A stretch of 63,228 nt of DNA, the filler included, from Basidiobolus meristosporus CBS 931.73 (lineage: Eukaryota > Fungi > Basidiobolomycota), in the NCBI GenBank assembly GCA_002104905.1. It is 3 parts of 3 records of this genome, joined end to end, with 100 filler letters (N's around TTAATTAATTAA, not from the genome) between each part and the next. Parts side by side here need not be neighbours in the genome. Positions count along the whole stretch, not along the records: positions 27,510 to 45,482 come from MCFE01001077.1; positions 45,583 to 63,228 come from MCFE01001085.1; 1 more part is not named here. One strand, given 5' to 3'. Shown in pieces: positions 33,650 to 47,767 of the stretch. Position 1 is the stretch's first letter. Each line of letters begins with the position of its first letter. A model generated the notes under the pieces. That model had not been told where the DNA came from. It searched no databases and saw only the letters and a list, made by a program, of their open reading frames with translations. A program made the position numbers and the translations under genes.

Positions 33650-36600
33650 CCCTCAAGATATCAGAAAATCAAGAATGGAAGAGTGGTATCCAGCAAATTG
33701 TTGCCCAACAGCAACAATACCCCAGATCCTCAGCCAGCAGCAACATGGAATGACTGCCATGGCCCAGAGCCTACAAACCCTTGTTAAGAGGAACTTAAGT
33801 GTGAAGGTCAACCAGTACCTTGGAAGAGTTAATAAACACCTGGGAACTTGACTCTTTCAAACTGAAGAAACTTTGAAGGCTAAAGGAATTGCCCTAGAAA
33901 GCAAGTTGCATTATGCAGCTTATGATTTGCAGATGCTGCCATACAGTGGTATTACAATAGGATCAGGCCAGCTACTGTGATGGGATGCTCTGCAATCTCT
34001 ACCTGGGATATGTTGCATTAGGAATCCAGGATGCTTTTGAGCCCCCACACCAGCAAATACTACCAAGAAGGAAGCTGAAGATACTTAGACAGAAAGGAAT
34101 AGCTCAAGAGTACATCTATAAATAATGATGTACCTGGACAAATTGAAAGAATGGACCCCTGGATCAAGTCAAATACTTTATTGATAGGATGAAAAAGAGA
34201 ACTTTTAAGCAAGGGAATTATCAAAGACCTCAGACTATTGAAGAAGCCTTTAAGATTGCTATAGATTATGACTCAACTATGTTTGGAGTTGGGAAGCCCA
34301 CAATGCTTAATCAGAGAGGCTACAATCACTATGAGGGAAGACAATCATTAGCAGTGCCAATGGAAATAGACACTATGCAGAACAATCTCACCTCAGAATA
34401 ATGCAAGAAGAAAAGACTTTGCTTTAATTACTACAAGCAAGGACATGTTACAATGTCTTGCCCCCAGAGAAGGAATGGACACCAGTCATCAAGAACCTTC
34501 AGCTGTATTGAAGCCCTTGAAAATAGCAACATGGAGGATGGGCTTGAAGAAGACTCAGAACTCACCTTTGATATGACAAAAGAATATCTACGCCAAACAA
34601 CCTCAAACTTTGGAAAGCTATTATACTTGAATAGAGTAATCAATGAAGTACCTGCCAGGATCACAATTGACACAGGAGCATTGCATGAGTAGATGTCAGA
34701 GCAACTTGCTTTGAAAGCTGGAGTGAGCTCAGAACCTACCAAATCAATTTATCTCTCAGCAGCAGATGGGGACTTTGACATATTCAACATATTATACAGC
34801 CAGTAAGCATGAAGTTCAATAACTGCAAATAAGACCTAGAGGCCTACATATTTGCATACTGTAAATTTGACTTGGTACTTGAAAAGGCATGGTTATTTAT
34901 CCCTAATCCATCAATCAATTGTAGAGCCCATGCTACTCAGATATTGAAAGGTAATCAGACCTATTAACTGCTACCCACTAGACTAGATTTGAACTTGGTC
35001 AGCTCCTGTCTGTTGAAACACTGAGCTTAGCAAGACATAGTTCTATAGGGTACAGAGGAAAGGTACACAGATGTTTCTCATGGTAACAATACTGGATGAT
35101 TCCCCTACTCCAGCTCCACAGAGAGTGCTAACTATGCTGTAGTATTATTCCAATGTGTTTCCAGTAGTACTTGTAAACCTACCATTAGTCATAGATATGG
35201 CTCATATCATTAACATGGGAGATAACCTCTCTGTGAGCAAGACACCTGACAAGATGAGTCCATTGGAGTTGGAAGAGATGAAGAGATAAACTGATCAACT
35301 TTTCAAGTAAAGATACAGCAGGCCCAACAAGTTACCTTAGGAAGCACCAGTGCTTTTTTTGAAAAAGAATCATGGAACACTTTATATGTGCATTGACTAC
35401 AGAGCCCTTGACTGAGTTACTGTGAAGAATAAGTACCCATGCCTTGAATTAATGAGCTTTTGGACCAACTCAATAGAACCACAATATTTGGCTAGATTTT
35501 CCTCATGTCAGGAGAAAATAAGAAAAGGTTAAAACCACAAAATATACCTAAGAGAGCATTCAAGACCAGCTATTGACACTATTAGTACTTGGCCATGAGG
35601 TTTGTCCTCACCAATGCCCCTACAGCATTCATGATCTTAATGCAAACCATTTTCCAGGAGTACCTAAAAATGTGTGTAGTAATCTACCCACATAACATAT
35701 TGATATATGGCATGACAAAACAGGACCACTTGGCATACACTGAGAAGTCCTTCAAGAAGCTAAGAGAGAACAAGCTACATGGCAAGCTAGCAAAGTGTAA
35801 GCTTCTCAGGGACATATTAAGCATTTAGGACACATAGTGACCAGCACAAGAGTGACCTTGGACCCCAAGAAAGTGGAACTTATCACAAGTTTAAAGTAGT
35901 TGATAGCATCCAGAGCTTTGGTTATAACTAGGAGTGGTTTCCTGGTATTGCTGATTTGTCTAAATCTCTGCAAGTACTGCAGCCCCTTTGACAGACATCC
36001 ACAAGAAAAACAGCACCTTTAAGTGGGACATAGCCTGTGGAACTGCATTTCAGATGCTGAAGATTGAACTTGCCAAGCTACCATGCTTAAGATTTCCTGA
36101 CTTCCAAAAAAACTTTACTCTTGGCACAGATGCTTCAGATTATGCAATTGGTGGAGTGCTGAACAATGATTATGAAGGGATTAAGTACCTGGTTGCTTTT
36201 GAGCCCAAGAAACTGAACTCAGCAGAATAAAACTATCCAGTGCATCAGAGAGAGATGCATGTCATAATACACCACCTAAAGGGGTAGAGATGATACATTG
36301 CAGGAGTCAAGTGCACTGTGAAGACTGATCATACCTTACTCTAGTATTTATTAGCTCAGAAAACAATATCCAGGAGAATGACATGATGGGGTGAATACAC
36401 TCAGCAATTTGACCTGGAGTTTGTCTACTGCCTTGAGAAAAGTAACACAATTGCTGACACCCTATCAAGACAAGAGCAAGATGCACAACTTAACCTGGTG
36501 CATAGCTCATATTGGCCCAGCCTATTACTACAGGATTTGGAAGAACAAGCCATTCCTATTGAGGTAGATGAAGGTATCAAGAAGATTATACAGTATGAAG

Positions 36601-38020
36601 TCAGCTAATTTGTAGTACAGGATGAAACACTCTACTCTATTTTTGATGGACACCCTAATGTCTATGTTGAAATATTGAACTATTTGGCATCATTCAGCAG
36701 CCAAAAATTTACTTGACATTTTTGGGCTAGTCTTGGCCACTGTGGGACCAAATTACAGCCCTAACTTGGCAACTTTCCTTGGATCTATGAACCTATGATT
36801 ATTCCCCTATAATCAAGATCAAATTAGCACTCTTACCAAACATTATGTACCAATCCTGAAACTCTTACAGAATGCTCCTGAATGATTGAGAAACTCTCCT
36901 TACTTGGTGTTACAGTTGTACTACATGTATAAAGGTACAAATACTACGCTTCTTCATAAATAAACAGCAGCTCAGCTATTATCCCTATTTCTTGATCAGT
37001 TCCTCATATCCAAATTCACTTCTCATATTGCATCAGCCTATTGGCACTATGTTGCTTGCCTGGATTTAACACACAAGTTACACAGTGGATATGGACATCT
37101 TGATATTGACAGTACCTATTGCTAGGTAAAAGCCAGTGCTGGTGGCCCATAATCAAATAAGATATTGGAAAGCTAGTGAAACATTCCCATGTTGCCAAAT
37201 TAACCAAGTTCAACAGCAGAGAATTGCTGAGCACTTTCCCTTGGAGCCTGTAAGACAATTGGAGAGCTGGCATTAGCCTTGTTGGAAGACTGCCCCCTTT
37301 GTTCAAATGTAATTGGTGATTTCTAGAGACAAATAAGTATGCCACCAAATAGCTGATGGCTAGAGCTGTACCAGTAGGAAGTGAACAAGAAAGTGCAAGC
37401 ATCATCCACCATGAGATTCTGATTGAATTTGGATGCCCTGTAGAAATTCTATTCAATACAGGAGCAAACTTTATGATAAAGACAACAGGAGCTCAACAGG
37501 AAATGCAGCAATTCCTACATCTAAAAACTTTGGCATAATCCCTATAATAATGAAATCCTGAAGTGATTTAATAGACTATTTGGAGCAATGCTCACCTAGT
37601 ATGCAAATGGAGCTGTTGGTAGGTGGGACAACAATACTGACCAATAATCAACTTCTTGCAGAGTTAGGGCATACAAAACTACCTAAAAACTGCCATTTAA
37701 CATGGTGTATGGTTGTGAATCAAGGATTCCAGGAGATCTCACAAAGCCAAAACTCACTGACTACTTGTAGGTTTACCTCAGTTAGTCTAGTAGAAATCAA
37801 TAATTGAAACAAACATGTCAGGAGGAACAGGCCATAAAGTACAAAGTGCAGAAAGGATGAAGCAGATACTTGATGAGACTGTATCACCAGAGGATTTGGC
37901 AGTAGGGCACTTGGTATTACTAAGAAACACTGCTTAGAAGAAGTTAGAGCCACAATGCACAGGGTCACTCAACATTATTAGAGAAAGTCCATTTGCAACT
38001 CACAAACTAGTAGACAAGCA
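33650..38020 (+). mobile_element. Degenerate Ty3/gypsy retrotransposon body
   Basis: Domain order is gag zinc-knuckle remnant (LCFNYYKQGH), protease (IDTGA), RT (CIDYRAL, LTNAPTAF, YPHN for YLDD), RNase H (TDASDYAIGGVL), then integrase. Many stops and frameshifts. LTRs not identified. Confidence 0.8.
36665..37035 (+). mobile_element. Solo LTR of copia family 2
   Basis: Matches the reverse complement of 61216-61584. Termini TGTTG...GCATCA, TSD GTCTA/GCCTA. Confidence 0.85.
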
Positions 38021-38027
38021 AGGGAAT

Positions 38028-39095
38028 AGACTTGTTCTGTTGGATAGTGCCACATAGTGCTAGCCTGTTTTTGGTGCCGGATCAATCTGGCACTCTACGG
38101 CACTATCTGGCACTATAATTTCTACCATGATGCCAGTGGTATGATACAGTTACTGGTAATTTTACTCAATCTTACTTATATTGCTCAGAATAGTGCTTTC
38201 CTTGCTTTATTTACTCTTCATAATACTCCAGACACATTCCGCCCAGTGGATGTCTTCTTGTATGAACATACTGTGCATTAATAAATATCTTAACTATTTT
38301 ACCTATTCTGCTGTTTTCACCTATATATGACTTTTCTCTGTATTTACCTGCCAATATTCTGAATCTCTTCAGATATCCAAATGTGTGCTCTACCCTTACT
38401 CTGAAATGATTAAATATCTCATTGTAGAGCTTCTGCTTCCTGCTAAGCACACCATTCCTTGGCTTCCTATAAGCTGTAATACATCCTAATCTCTGACAAT
38501 CCTCTCCTATATAGGCTAAGTCTGCCATATATTTCTCCCCTCTACTGAATTCAGGATGATTCTCTACCCAGGGTGCTTTGTCATGCCTACTTCCAGCAAA
38601 TGGCCCACTAAACCAGATGATGTTACCATCAATGTCAGACAGTGCTTGAAACTTCACACAGTGTGCCTTGTACTTGCCAGAATAAAAGTGCCTCTGCCCT
38701 CTAGAAGGTTTATTGATCCTCACTGGGAAGGTATCCAAAATACTCCTGATATGGGACCTGTTGCTGAACACTCTGGGATATGGAAGTCTACTGGAGCTTC
38801 TGAACCTAGTATTCCAAGCTTGCTCTAAGTCATTCATATCCTCTGCAAAGTGGTTCTCCATTGCTGTCAGCTAGGAATGCAAGCTTCTAGGACTTTTGTT
38901 GCCATGGATGGTGGGATGAAACCTTGTAGGGCAATAGTTCTTGTAATAGCAGAGAAGCTTAACAAGGGATCTCCTTGAGTAGATTGGGGTTGATGGTCCA
39001 CAGTACTTGGAATAGATCTCCTCTAGTGTGTCAAAAGGAAATCCAGTGGTAGTGATGTGATTGATGAGAAAAGACCATTCAGATGAGTAAGTCAT
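38028..39095 (-). mobile_element. PHIS/IS5-like DNA transposon, copy 1 (one TIR plus transposase gene)
   Basis: Terminus AGACTTGTTCTGTTGGATAGTGCCAC at 38028, preceded by AAT. The other end was not found. Confidence 0.7.
38211..39095 (-). pseudogene. DDE_Tnp_4-type transposase (~294 codons) with one nonsense codon
   Basis: Motifs FYSGKYKAH, GSRHD, ADLAY and RVRVEHTFGYLK. ORFs 38871-39095 and 38211-38861 are in one frame, split by a TAG that is CAG in copy 2. Confidence 0.85.
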
Positions 39096-39229
39096 ATTAA
39101 AATTGATGGATGATTGTATGGAGGCAGTTTGAATTGATTTGGCGCAATCTGCGATATTTATCTGATTTTTAATACATTATGGTTAAATCTCCATCAATTG
39201 CCATGTATCCCATTGTTATGTTGCAAAAA

Positions 39230-40410
39230 CCATAGTAGCAGAAAGTGCAGACTGATCAATAACTGACATGGCAAGATCTATGCTCCATAATCAAAGCCTA
39301 TCCTATGATTTTTAGGCAGAATCAGCTGCCACAGCTGTATATCTTAGAAATAGGAGTTAATACAGAATATCTTGTAATTAACTCTATTTGAAGCATGGCA
39401 TCAGTACAGACCAAATGCAGAGCATCTAAGAATATTTGGATGTACAGCAAAAGCCAAGCAGCTGCTTGGAAATCAGTCAAAATTCTAGGGGGGGACTCTA
39501 CTACCATGATTTAGCCTAAATCAGCTCCTAGTAATATCCTGGATGTGATCATTCCAGTATTACAAGCCAGAAGATCTACTTAGACCAGAAACAGCCACAA
39601 GACTATATTGACAGAGGTACTTACTTGGCTTATGCCAATTCAGTCAATATTGCTGAGCCTTGGACTGTAAAAGAGGCCTTAAATAGCCCTCATGCAGAGT
39701 TTTGGTGATCTGCAATCATTGAAAAGTATCAGGCCCTGATGGAATTTCAAAATTGGGACTTGGTCAAATTATCATTCAGTCAAAAATCAATTGGATGCAG
39801 ATGGGTTTTCATAATAAAATAAAGGCTGAGGGTACAGTTGAAAGTTACAAAGTAAGACTTTTGATCAAAGGCTACTCTCAAATAAAAAGGCTTTATTATA
39901 CTGAGACTTTTGCACTGGTAGCTAAGCATAATTCCATCAGGTTAATATTGGCTAATGTAGTCAAATATAAGTTGTTCATACATCAAATGAATGTAAAAGC
40001 TGTATTTTGCATTGGGGCAACTTAATGAGGATGTGTATATAGACCAGCCTGTTGGGCTTGCTTGCCTAGTTAATCTCCATTAGACCTGCAAGATTAAAAA
40101 ATCTCTATATGGTCTCAAACAATATCCAAGAGCCAGGTTTTGCAAGACAGATTTGTATTTGGAATCTTTGATTCTACAAAGGAATACTACTGACTATGAC
40201 ATATACTATTGGTCAGATAGAGCAAATCCAGCTCTACCAGCTATACGTGAATGATTGTATTACAGCTGTCAACAACCTAGAACCACTAGAAGAAACAAAT
40301 CTAGCCTATATAAGGAGTTCAAGAGTTCTGATCTTGGAGAACTCAGTTACTACTTAGGGATAAAGTTCTCCATTGATAGCAGTACCCAGACTCTCACTTG
40401 GAGTCAATAC
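39230..40410 (+). mobile_element. Older degenerate copia family 1 copy (integrase-RT), host of the full-length element
   Basis: Homologous to 42500-43920 with many lesions. Its reading TLTWSQY-KYTWDILQ resumes at 45094-45125. Confidence 0.8.
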
Positions 40411-40759
40411 TGTTGTGAAAATTCTTATTTCCACCTAAATATTCACCTAACTAAGTCACTTAGATCATCACCTTCAAATCCTAGGGAATACTGACTAAAT
40501 TCCTTGTTGGGATTTACTTAGAATATTTTCACCAAAATGCCAGGTACCCAGAATATGAAAATTCTCAAAGTTGTCCAAACAGCCCCAAACTTTGCACACA
40601 TGTTCTTGGGACCTTTCTTAACCTATTCTACGTGTTTGTAATGCCAAGACCAAGTAAAAGTATAAATACTACTTTTACATTCAATAAATCATTAAGTGAA
40701 AACCACATAATCTACTTGTTCTCCCAATCACTTCCAATATCTCTAAGACTCTTACAACA

Positions 40760-40771
40760 GGTTATGAGCCC
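40760..40771 (+). other. Primer-binding site GGTTATGAGCCC (half-tRNAiMet type)
   Basis: Abuts the 5' LTR and is complementary to GGGCUCAUAACC in the initiator-tRNA anticodon arm, as in Ty5 and Drosophila copia. Confidence 0.85.
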
Positions 40772-43700
40772 CAAGCTGTCACTCTCTGCAATGTCTACTA
40801 CTGCTATTACTGGAATTTTTCCCTCTGCTGAAAAGTTGGATGGATCTAACTACCAAGTGTGGAAGGTGAAGATGAAGATGCTGCTACAAGAAAGAGGCCT
40901 CTGGGATATTGTCATGGGAGAAGAATGCCCTCCTAAAAACGTGGGAGAGGAAGCCTTGAAGTACCAGAAGAAAGAACAAAGTGCCTTTAACTGCATTTGC
41001 CTTAATGTCAAGGACAAATTGCTAATTCAATGCTCAAGAGCAAAAACGGCAAAGAATGCCTGGAAGGCATTAGAAGACACCTACCAGTCATGTTCAGCTG
41101 CCAAGAAAATGTATCTGAGAAGAAAATTCTTTACTACAAAGATGTTGCCAGGAGAAGAAATGAAAAATCTAATTAACAGAATTACCCTGCTGGTAGATGA
41201 TATGGAATCTGTGGGTGTACCAACTACTGATGAGGATGTGATAGTTACCATCCTGAATAGCCTGACAGACGAGTTTCAGGGCCTTGTATCAGCCCTAGAG
41301 TCCAGAACTGAAGATTTGACCTTAAATTACGTATATGGAGGGCTCCTGGATGAGGAATTAAGAAAATCAAGCGCCAATAAGAAGGAAGAAGAAAATGCTT
41401 TAATAAGCAATGATAACCAACAAAGGAGGTACCCAAGACCTTACAAAGGCAACAGCAACCTATTTTGCAACTACTGCAAAAGGAAAGGACACACATCAGA
41501 CCGGTGTCTCAAAAAGAAAGATAATCAGCAAAAGAAGCCTGAATATGGAAATGCTGCAACAACTGAAGATAGACTATTCATATCTGCACTAAATATGACC
41601 ACAAACAAGGATTCTCAGATGTGGTATATTGACTCTGGAGCTTCTCAACACTTTACACACCAAAAAGAACTTTTTACCCAATATCAAGAAATTCCAATTA
41701 AGAATGTTTTCATGGGTGATGATAGAATGCTTGATGCAGTGGGAGAAGGAACTATCCAAGTAAACCTTAGAAGCAGTGAAGGAAGCCATACACTGACCTT
41801 TAAAGAAGTACTCTATGTACCAGAAATAGCCAAGAACCTACTCTCTGTAAGCAAGGCCACAGCAGAAGGACTCAGTTTCAGTTTTGACAATTCTGGATGC
41901 AGGATCACTGATCAAAATGGTGCTCATATTGCTTTGGGCATCAGAGATCAGAATCTATACAAGTTGACTTATATTCCATTATATCTGGAAGCCAATATAT
42001 GTAACTTAAATGAAGAAACACCAATGCTTGGGCACAGGAGTTTGGGCACATCAATTTTGATTATTTGCGCACAATGATCAAAGATCAGCTAATTTCTGGA
42101 GTAAAAATTGATCCCCCAGCTAATTTGGAGCACTGTGAAGCCTGCATATATGGGAAACAAGCCAGACAACCGTTCAAGAGCTCTGGATTAATCAAAACTA
42201 AGAAAAAATTAGATCTAATTCACTCAGATCTGTGTGGACCTATGCAAAATTTATCCTTAGGTGGGATGAAGTATTTAATCACTTTTATTGATGATTATAC
42301 AAGATACACATGGGTCTACTTCATGGAGAGAAAGGAAGAAGCTCTGTCTCAGTTCAGGGAGTTTAAAGCCATGGTGGAGAGAGAAACTGGTGAAAAAATC
42401 AAGAAAATACGCTCTGACAATGATGGAGAATATACCTCAAAACTCTTCATCCACTTCTGCAAAATTCATGGGATAAAGCAAGAGACTACTGTACCATACT
42501 CCCCACAGCAAAATGGAGTAGCAGAACAAGCTAACAGATCAATAATTGATATGGCAAGATCTATGATCCATGATCAAAAATTATCCTATGATTTTTGGGC
42601 GGAATCAGTTGCCACTGCTGTATATCTTAAAAATAGGAGTTATAACAGAATACTTCATGATTCTACTCCATTTGAAGCATGGTATGGATACAGACCAAGT
42701 GCAGAACATCTAAGAATATTTGTGTGTGCAGCATATGCCAAAAAACTGGCCAGAAATCAGTCAAAATTTGAGCCAAAAAGTGTAAAATGCATATTTTTGG
42801 GCTACTGCAATGAGAGTAAGGCATACAGACTCTACAATACCAAAGCAAAGATGCTTATCAAGTCCAGGGATGTGTTGTTTGATGAAAATTCAAGATTTTC
42901 ACAAAAAATGACATCAGATGATGACAAAAATTTGATATCAAGTCCACCAATTGTCAGGATTGAATCAGAGCAAAACAATGAAAATTTTTTCACTCCAGAG
43001 GACTCTACAACCGTGGTTCAGCCAGAATCAATGCCCAGGAATATCCCAGAAGTGATCATTCCAGTATCAAATGCCCGGAGATCAAATTGGACAAGAAATA
43101 GCCCAAATTACTATATCAATGAGGGTACAAACTTAGCCTATGCCTACTCAGTCCATATTGATGAACCCCAGACTGTAAAAGAGGCCCTAAATAGCCCTCA
43201 GACAAAGTCTTGGAGATCTGCAATGACTGAGGAATATCAGGCCCTGATGGGAAATCAAACTTGGGACTTAGTCAAATTACCAATCAACCAAAAATCAATT
43301 GGATGCAGATGGGTCTTCAAGACAAAATACAAGGCTGATGGTACAATTGAAAGATACAAGGCAAGACTTGTAGCCAAAGGATACTCTCAAACAAAAGGAC
43401 TTGACTATAGTGAGACCTTTGCCCCGGTAGCCAAGTTTAATTCCATCAGATTAATATTGGCTATTGCAGCCAAATATAAGTTTTTTATTCATCAAATGGA
43501 TGTAAAAACTGCATTTTTGAATGGAGAACTTGATGAGGACATGTATATAGACCAGCCTGATGGTTTGTTGACCAAGATAACCCCCATTTTGTCTGCAAGC
43601 TTAAAAAGTCACTATATGGTCTCAAACAATCACCAAGAGCCTGGAATTGCAAGATAGATTCTTATTTGGAATCTTTGAGTTTCAAAAGAAGTAGTGCTGA

Positions 43701-44795
43701 CTATAGTATATACTATAAGCCAGATAGAGCAAATTCAGTTCTATTAGCTCCATATGTGGATGATCTTATTATAGCCGCCAATAACCTAGAAACATTGGAA
43801 GAGACTAAATCCAACCTATCTAAGGAGTTCAAGATGTCTGATCTAGGAGAACTTAGTTACTACTTAGGGATTAAGTTCTCCATAGACAGAAGTACCCAAA
43901 CCATCACCCTAAGCCAATCCAAGTATATTCAAGATATATTAAAGTAGTACAAAATGGAAGACTGTAAACCGGCAGCTACCCCAATGGAGACAAACCTTAA
44001 CTTGGTCAAAACTCAACCAAATCAAGAGAGCTTGGTGCCATCTGAGAGCCCTGACTTTCCTTATCAATCTATGGTTGGCAGTCTGATGTATATCATGCTT
44101 GGAACGCGTCCAGATATCTCATATTCAGTGGGAGTTGTCAGCCAACATAATCAGAACTATGGATCTGATCATATTGCAGCAGTTAAGCGGATTTTTAGAT
44201 ACCTAAAAGGAACTGCTGATATCTGCTTAAGATACACTTATAAGGATTCAGAGCAGGACCTTGTGGGATAGTCTGATGCTGATTGGGGACGAAATTTGGA
44301 AGACAGAAGAACCACCACAGGATATACCTTTCTTTACTGTAAAGGAGCAATATCATGGAATTCAAGAAAGCAACCAACCGTAGCACTTTCTACTACAGAG
44401 GCAGAGTATATGGCAGCCTGTGAAGCTACAAAAGAAGCAATGTGGTTAAGAAAACTCTTAACAGATTTAGGCCTATGTCAATAAACGCCTATTGCTTTAT
44501 TTCAAGATACTCAAGGATGTATACAATTAGGTAGAAGTCCAACTTTTCATGCTAGAACCAAGCACATAGATATTAGACATCATTTCATACGTGAAGCTAT
44601 AGTGAATAATTTAGTTAGCTTAGTTTACTGTCCTACAGATGAAATGATTGCAGACATATTTACCAAACCATTAGCTAGAGACAAGTTTGAATATCTTAGG
44701 TCAAAGTTAGGACTAGTCAGTATGAACATTTATCTGAGTGGGAGTGTTGTGAAAATTTGTATTTCCACCTAAATATTCACCTAACTTAGTCACTT
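40764..44795 (+). pseudogene. Copia gag-pol polyprotein (gag, zinc knuckle, protease, integrase, RT, RNase H)
   Basis: Motifs [37 protein letters not shown] and KHIDIRHHF. One-nt deletions near 42038 and 43565, and stops near 43945, 44269 and 44482. Confidence 0.92.
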
Positions 44796-45124
44796 AGATC
44801 ATTACCTTCAAATCCTAGAGAATACTGATTAAATTCCTTGTTGGGATCTACTTAGAATATTTTCACCAAAATGCCATGTACCCAGAATATAAAAATTCTC
44901 ACAGTTGTCCAAACAGCCCCAAACTTTGCACACATGTTCTTGGGACCTTCCTTAACCTATTCTACGTGTTTGTAATGCCAAGACCAGGTAAAAGTATAAA
45001 TACTACTTTTACATTCAATAAATCATTAAGTGAAAACCACATAATCTACTTGGTCTCCCAATCACTTCCAATATCTCCAAGACTCTTACAACAAATACAA
45101 GTATACTTGGGATATACTACAGCT

Positions 45125-45482
45125 GGAGAGTTTTCCTGATAAAAATTGGTTGCTTGTTGCACCCAACCCAACTTTGCACTACTTAACTGATTACCCAAGC
45201 ATTGGGGCTGCTCTAGCTTCTTAACGCCATAGGCATAGGTGTCTCCATGTGCACATTTGTCCTCAGTATTTCCAACTCTTTCCGGCTGTCCTCTATGTGC
45301 AAACTCATTACATGCATGATGGACTTGAAGGTAATATTCTTGATGAGATTGGGATATGGTAGTGCCTGCAACTTGACTTGTCTTCCTATCTCCCCACACA
45401 TCCACTCCATGGTAAACTCCCAAAAGGTGAAGCAAGGCCCAAAATTCTCCACACACCGTGCAAGATGGAGTAGAGAATGGAT
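45125..45482 (-). mobile_element. CACTA transposase fragment at the contig end
   Basis: Matches 51830-52180 (FGPCFTFWEFTMEWMCGEIGRQVK). Confidence 0.8.
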
Positions 45483-45582
45483 NNNNNNNNNNNNNNNNNN
45501 NNNNNNNNNNNNNNNNNNNNNNNNNNTTAATTAATTAANNNNNNNNNNNNNNNNNNNNNNNNNNNNNNNNNNNNNNNNNNNN
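45483..45582. other. Artificial contig-joining spacer
   Basis: N44-TTAATTAATTAA-N44. Confidence 0.97.
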
Positions 45583-46634
45583 TCTCAAAGCCCTGACTTT
45601 CCTTATCAATCTATGGTTGACAGTCTGATGTACATCATGCTTGGAACACGTCCAGATATCTCATATTCAGTGGGAGTTGTCAGCTAACATAATCAGAACT
45701 ATGGATCTGATCATATTGCAGCAGTTAGGCGGATTTATAGATACCTAAAAGGAAGTACTAATATCTGCTGAAGATACACTTAAAAGGATTCAGAACAGGA
45801 TCTTGTGGGATACTCTGATGCTGATTGGGGATGAAATTTAGAAGACAGAAGATCCACTACAGCATACACCTTTCTTTACTGTAAAGGAGCAATTTCATGG
45901 AATTCAAGAAAGCAACCACTGTAGCACTTTCCTCTATAGAGGCAGAGTATATGGCAGCCTGTGAAGCTGCAAAAGAATCAATGTGGTTAAGAAAACATTT
46001 TACAGATTTAGGCCTATGTCAAAAAATGACTGCCACTTTATTTCAAGATAATCAAGGATGTATACAATTAGTTAGAAATCCAACTTTTCATGCTAGAACT
46101 AAGCACATAGATATCAGACATCATTTCATACATGAAGCTATAGAGAATAACTTAGTTAGCTTAGTTCACTGTCCTACCAATGAAATTATTGCAGACATAT
46201 TTACCAAACCATTAGCCAGAGACAAGTTTGAATATCTTAGGTCAAAATTAGGACTAGTCAGTATGAACATTTAGCTGAGTGGGAGTGTTGTAAAAATTAG
46301 TATTTCCACCTATATACTCACCTAACTTAGTCACTTATATCATTACCTTCATATCCTAGAGAATACTAACCAAATTCCTTGTTGGGATTTACTTAGAATA
46401 TTTTCACCAAAATACCAGGTACCCAAAACATGAAAATTCCCAAAGTTGTCCAAACAGCCCCAAACTTTGCACACATGCTCTTGGGACCTTCCTCAAGCTA
46501 TTCTACATGTTTGTAGTGCCAAGACCAGGTAAAAGTATAAATACTACTTTTACATCCAATAAATCATTAAGTGAAAACCACATAATCTACTGGTTCTCCC
46601 AATCACTTCCAATATCCGCAAGACTCTTACAACA
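45583..46634 (+). mobile_element. 3' end of another copia family 1 copy, with 3' LTR at 46286-46634
   Basis: RNase H end (ARTKHIDIRHHF), PPT and a 349-bp LTR. A diverged paralogue of 44040-45093, not an overlap. Confidence 0.92.
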
Positions 46635-47304
46635 AATCAACAGAGTACCTGCCAAGATCATGATTGACTCAGGAGCATCACATGAGTACATGTCAGAGCA
46701 ACTTGCCTTGAAAGCTAGAATCAACATAGAACCACCAAGTCAACTACAGTCTCAACAGCTGACAGGAACTCACACATAATCAACCAATTACTCAGCCAGC
46801 AAGAATGAAGATCCATGATTATGAAGAAGACCAACAGGCCTTTATATATGGGAACTGCAAGTTTGACCTTGTACTTATGAGAACCTGGCTATTTTCCTGT
46901 AATCCATCCATCAGCTGGAGAATCCATGCTACTCAGATCCAGAAGGACAACAAGACATATGAGCTATTACCTGTCAGACTAGATCTCAACTTGGTCAGTT
47001 CCAGTGTCTGTGAAACAAGTGAACTTAGCAAGACACAGTTCTGTAAGACACCTAGAAAAGGTACCCAGATGTCCCTCATGACAGTATTAGAGGTGAATTC
47101 CTCTACTCCAGGGCCCCAGACAGTCCAGATTCTTTTGAAGCAATATTCAGATGTGTTTCCACATGAACTTGTCAGCCTACCGCCAGTCAGACATGTGGAT
47201 CTTGCCATTGACATATGAAGCAGCCCTTCAGTGAGCAAGCCACCTTCCAGAATGAGTCTATTGAAGTTGGAAGAGATAAAGAGACAAATAGTTCAGTTAT
47301 AGGA
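46635..47304 (+). mobile_element. Ty3/gypsy fragment (protease to start of RT)
   Basis: INRVPAKIMIDSGASHEY, homologous to 34630-35290. Confidence 0.8.
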
Positions 47305-47767
47305 CCCTATGAAAAATTATTGAGATGATCCTGTCAAAAGGCTATCACAAAGTTAAAGTCCCATGACTAAGAGGTACTGATCTTGTCAGGACACTGTCCA
47401 GGGACTATTGAAAAATAATTGCACCCCAAATTTCCCAAAAAACTTGGTCAAAATTTTTCATTACAACAATGTATAAGCGGCTTTTGATTGGTTCCCTGCC
47501 AATTTGCTCACTTTCTGATCCTGGACACTCTATGGCCTCCTACATTTGTGTGAATTGATTGGCTATTGCCTCTTTTTTGCACTCCTTACTTCCTGACACA
47601 ACTATTTCTCTTACTTTTCATGTGTACAAATTAATTTATTTCCATTGAAACTTCAGTTGTACTTCAATTGCCAATTGTATTGACCTATACAAGTCTCTAT
47701 ACCCTACAATAGCATTAAGCCCAACCCCACACTCAACAAGTAACTACATTAAAATTGACCACTCAAT

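Larger units (their letters stand above)
40411..45093 (+). mobile_element. Full-length Ty1/copia LTR retrotransposon (family 1), inactive
   Basis: 349-bp LTRs at 40411-40759 and 44745-45093 (TGTTGT...ACAACA; 14 mismatches counted, ~96%). 5-bp TSD AATAC, PBS at 40760 and PPT GAGTGGGAG at 44736-44744. Confidence 0.97.

Noticed and set aside
42020-42077. Programmed ribosomal frameshift in the copia polyprotein
   Set aside because: The paralogue near 33490 has the missing base (CACAGGAGATTTGGG), so this is a 1-nt deletion.
44040-46634. Contig 2/3 overlap through the shared copia 3' end
   Set aside because: The copies differ at many positions and have different 3' flanks. They are paralogues.
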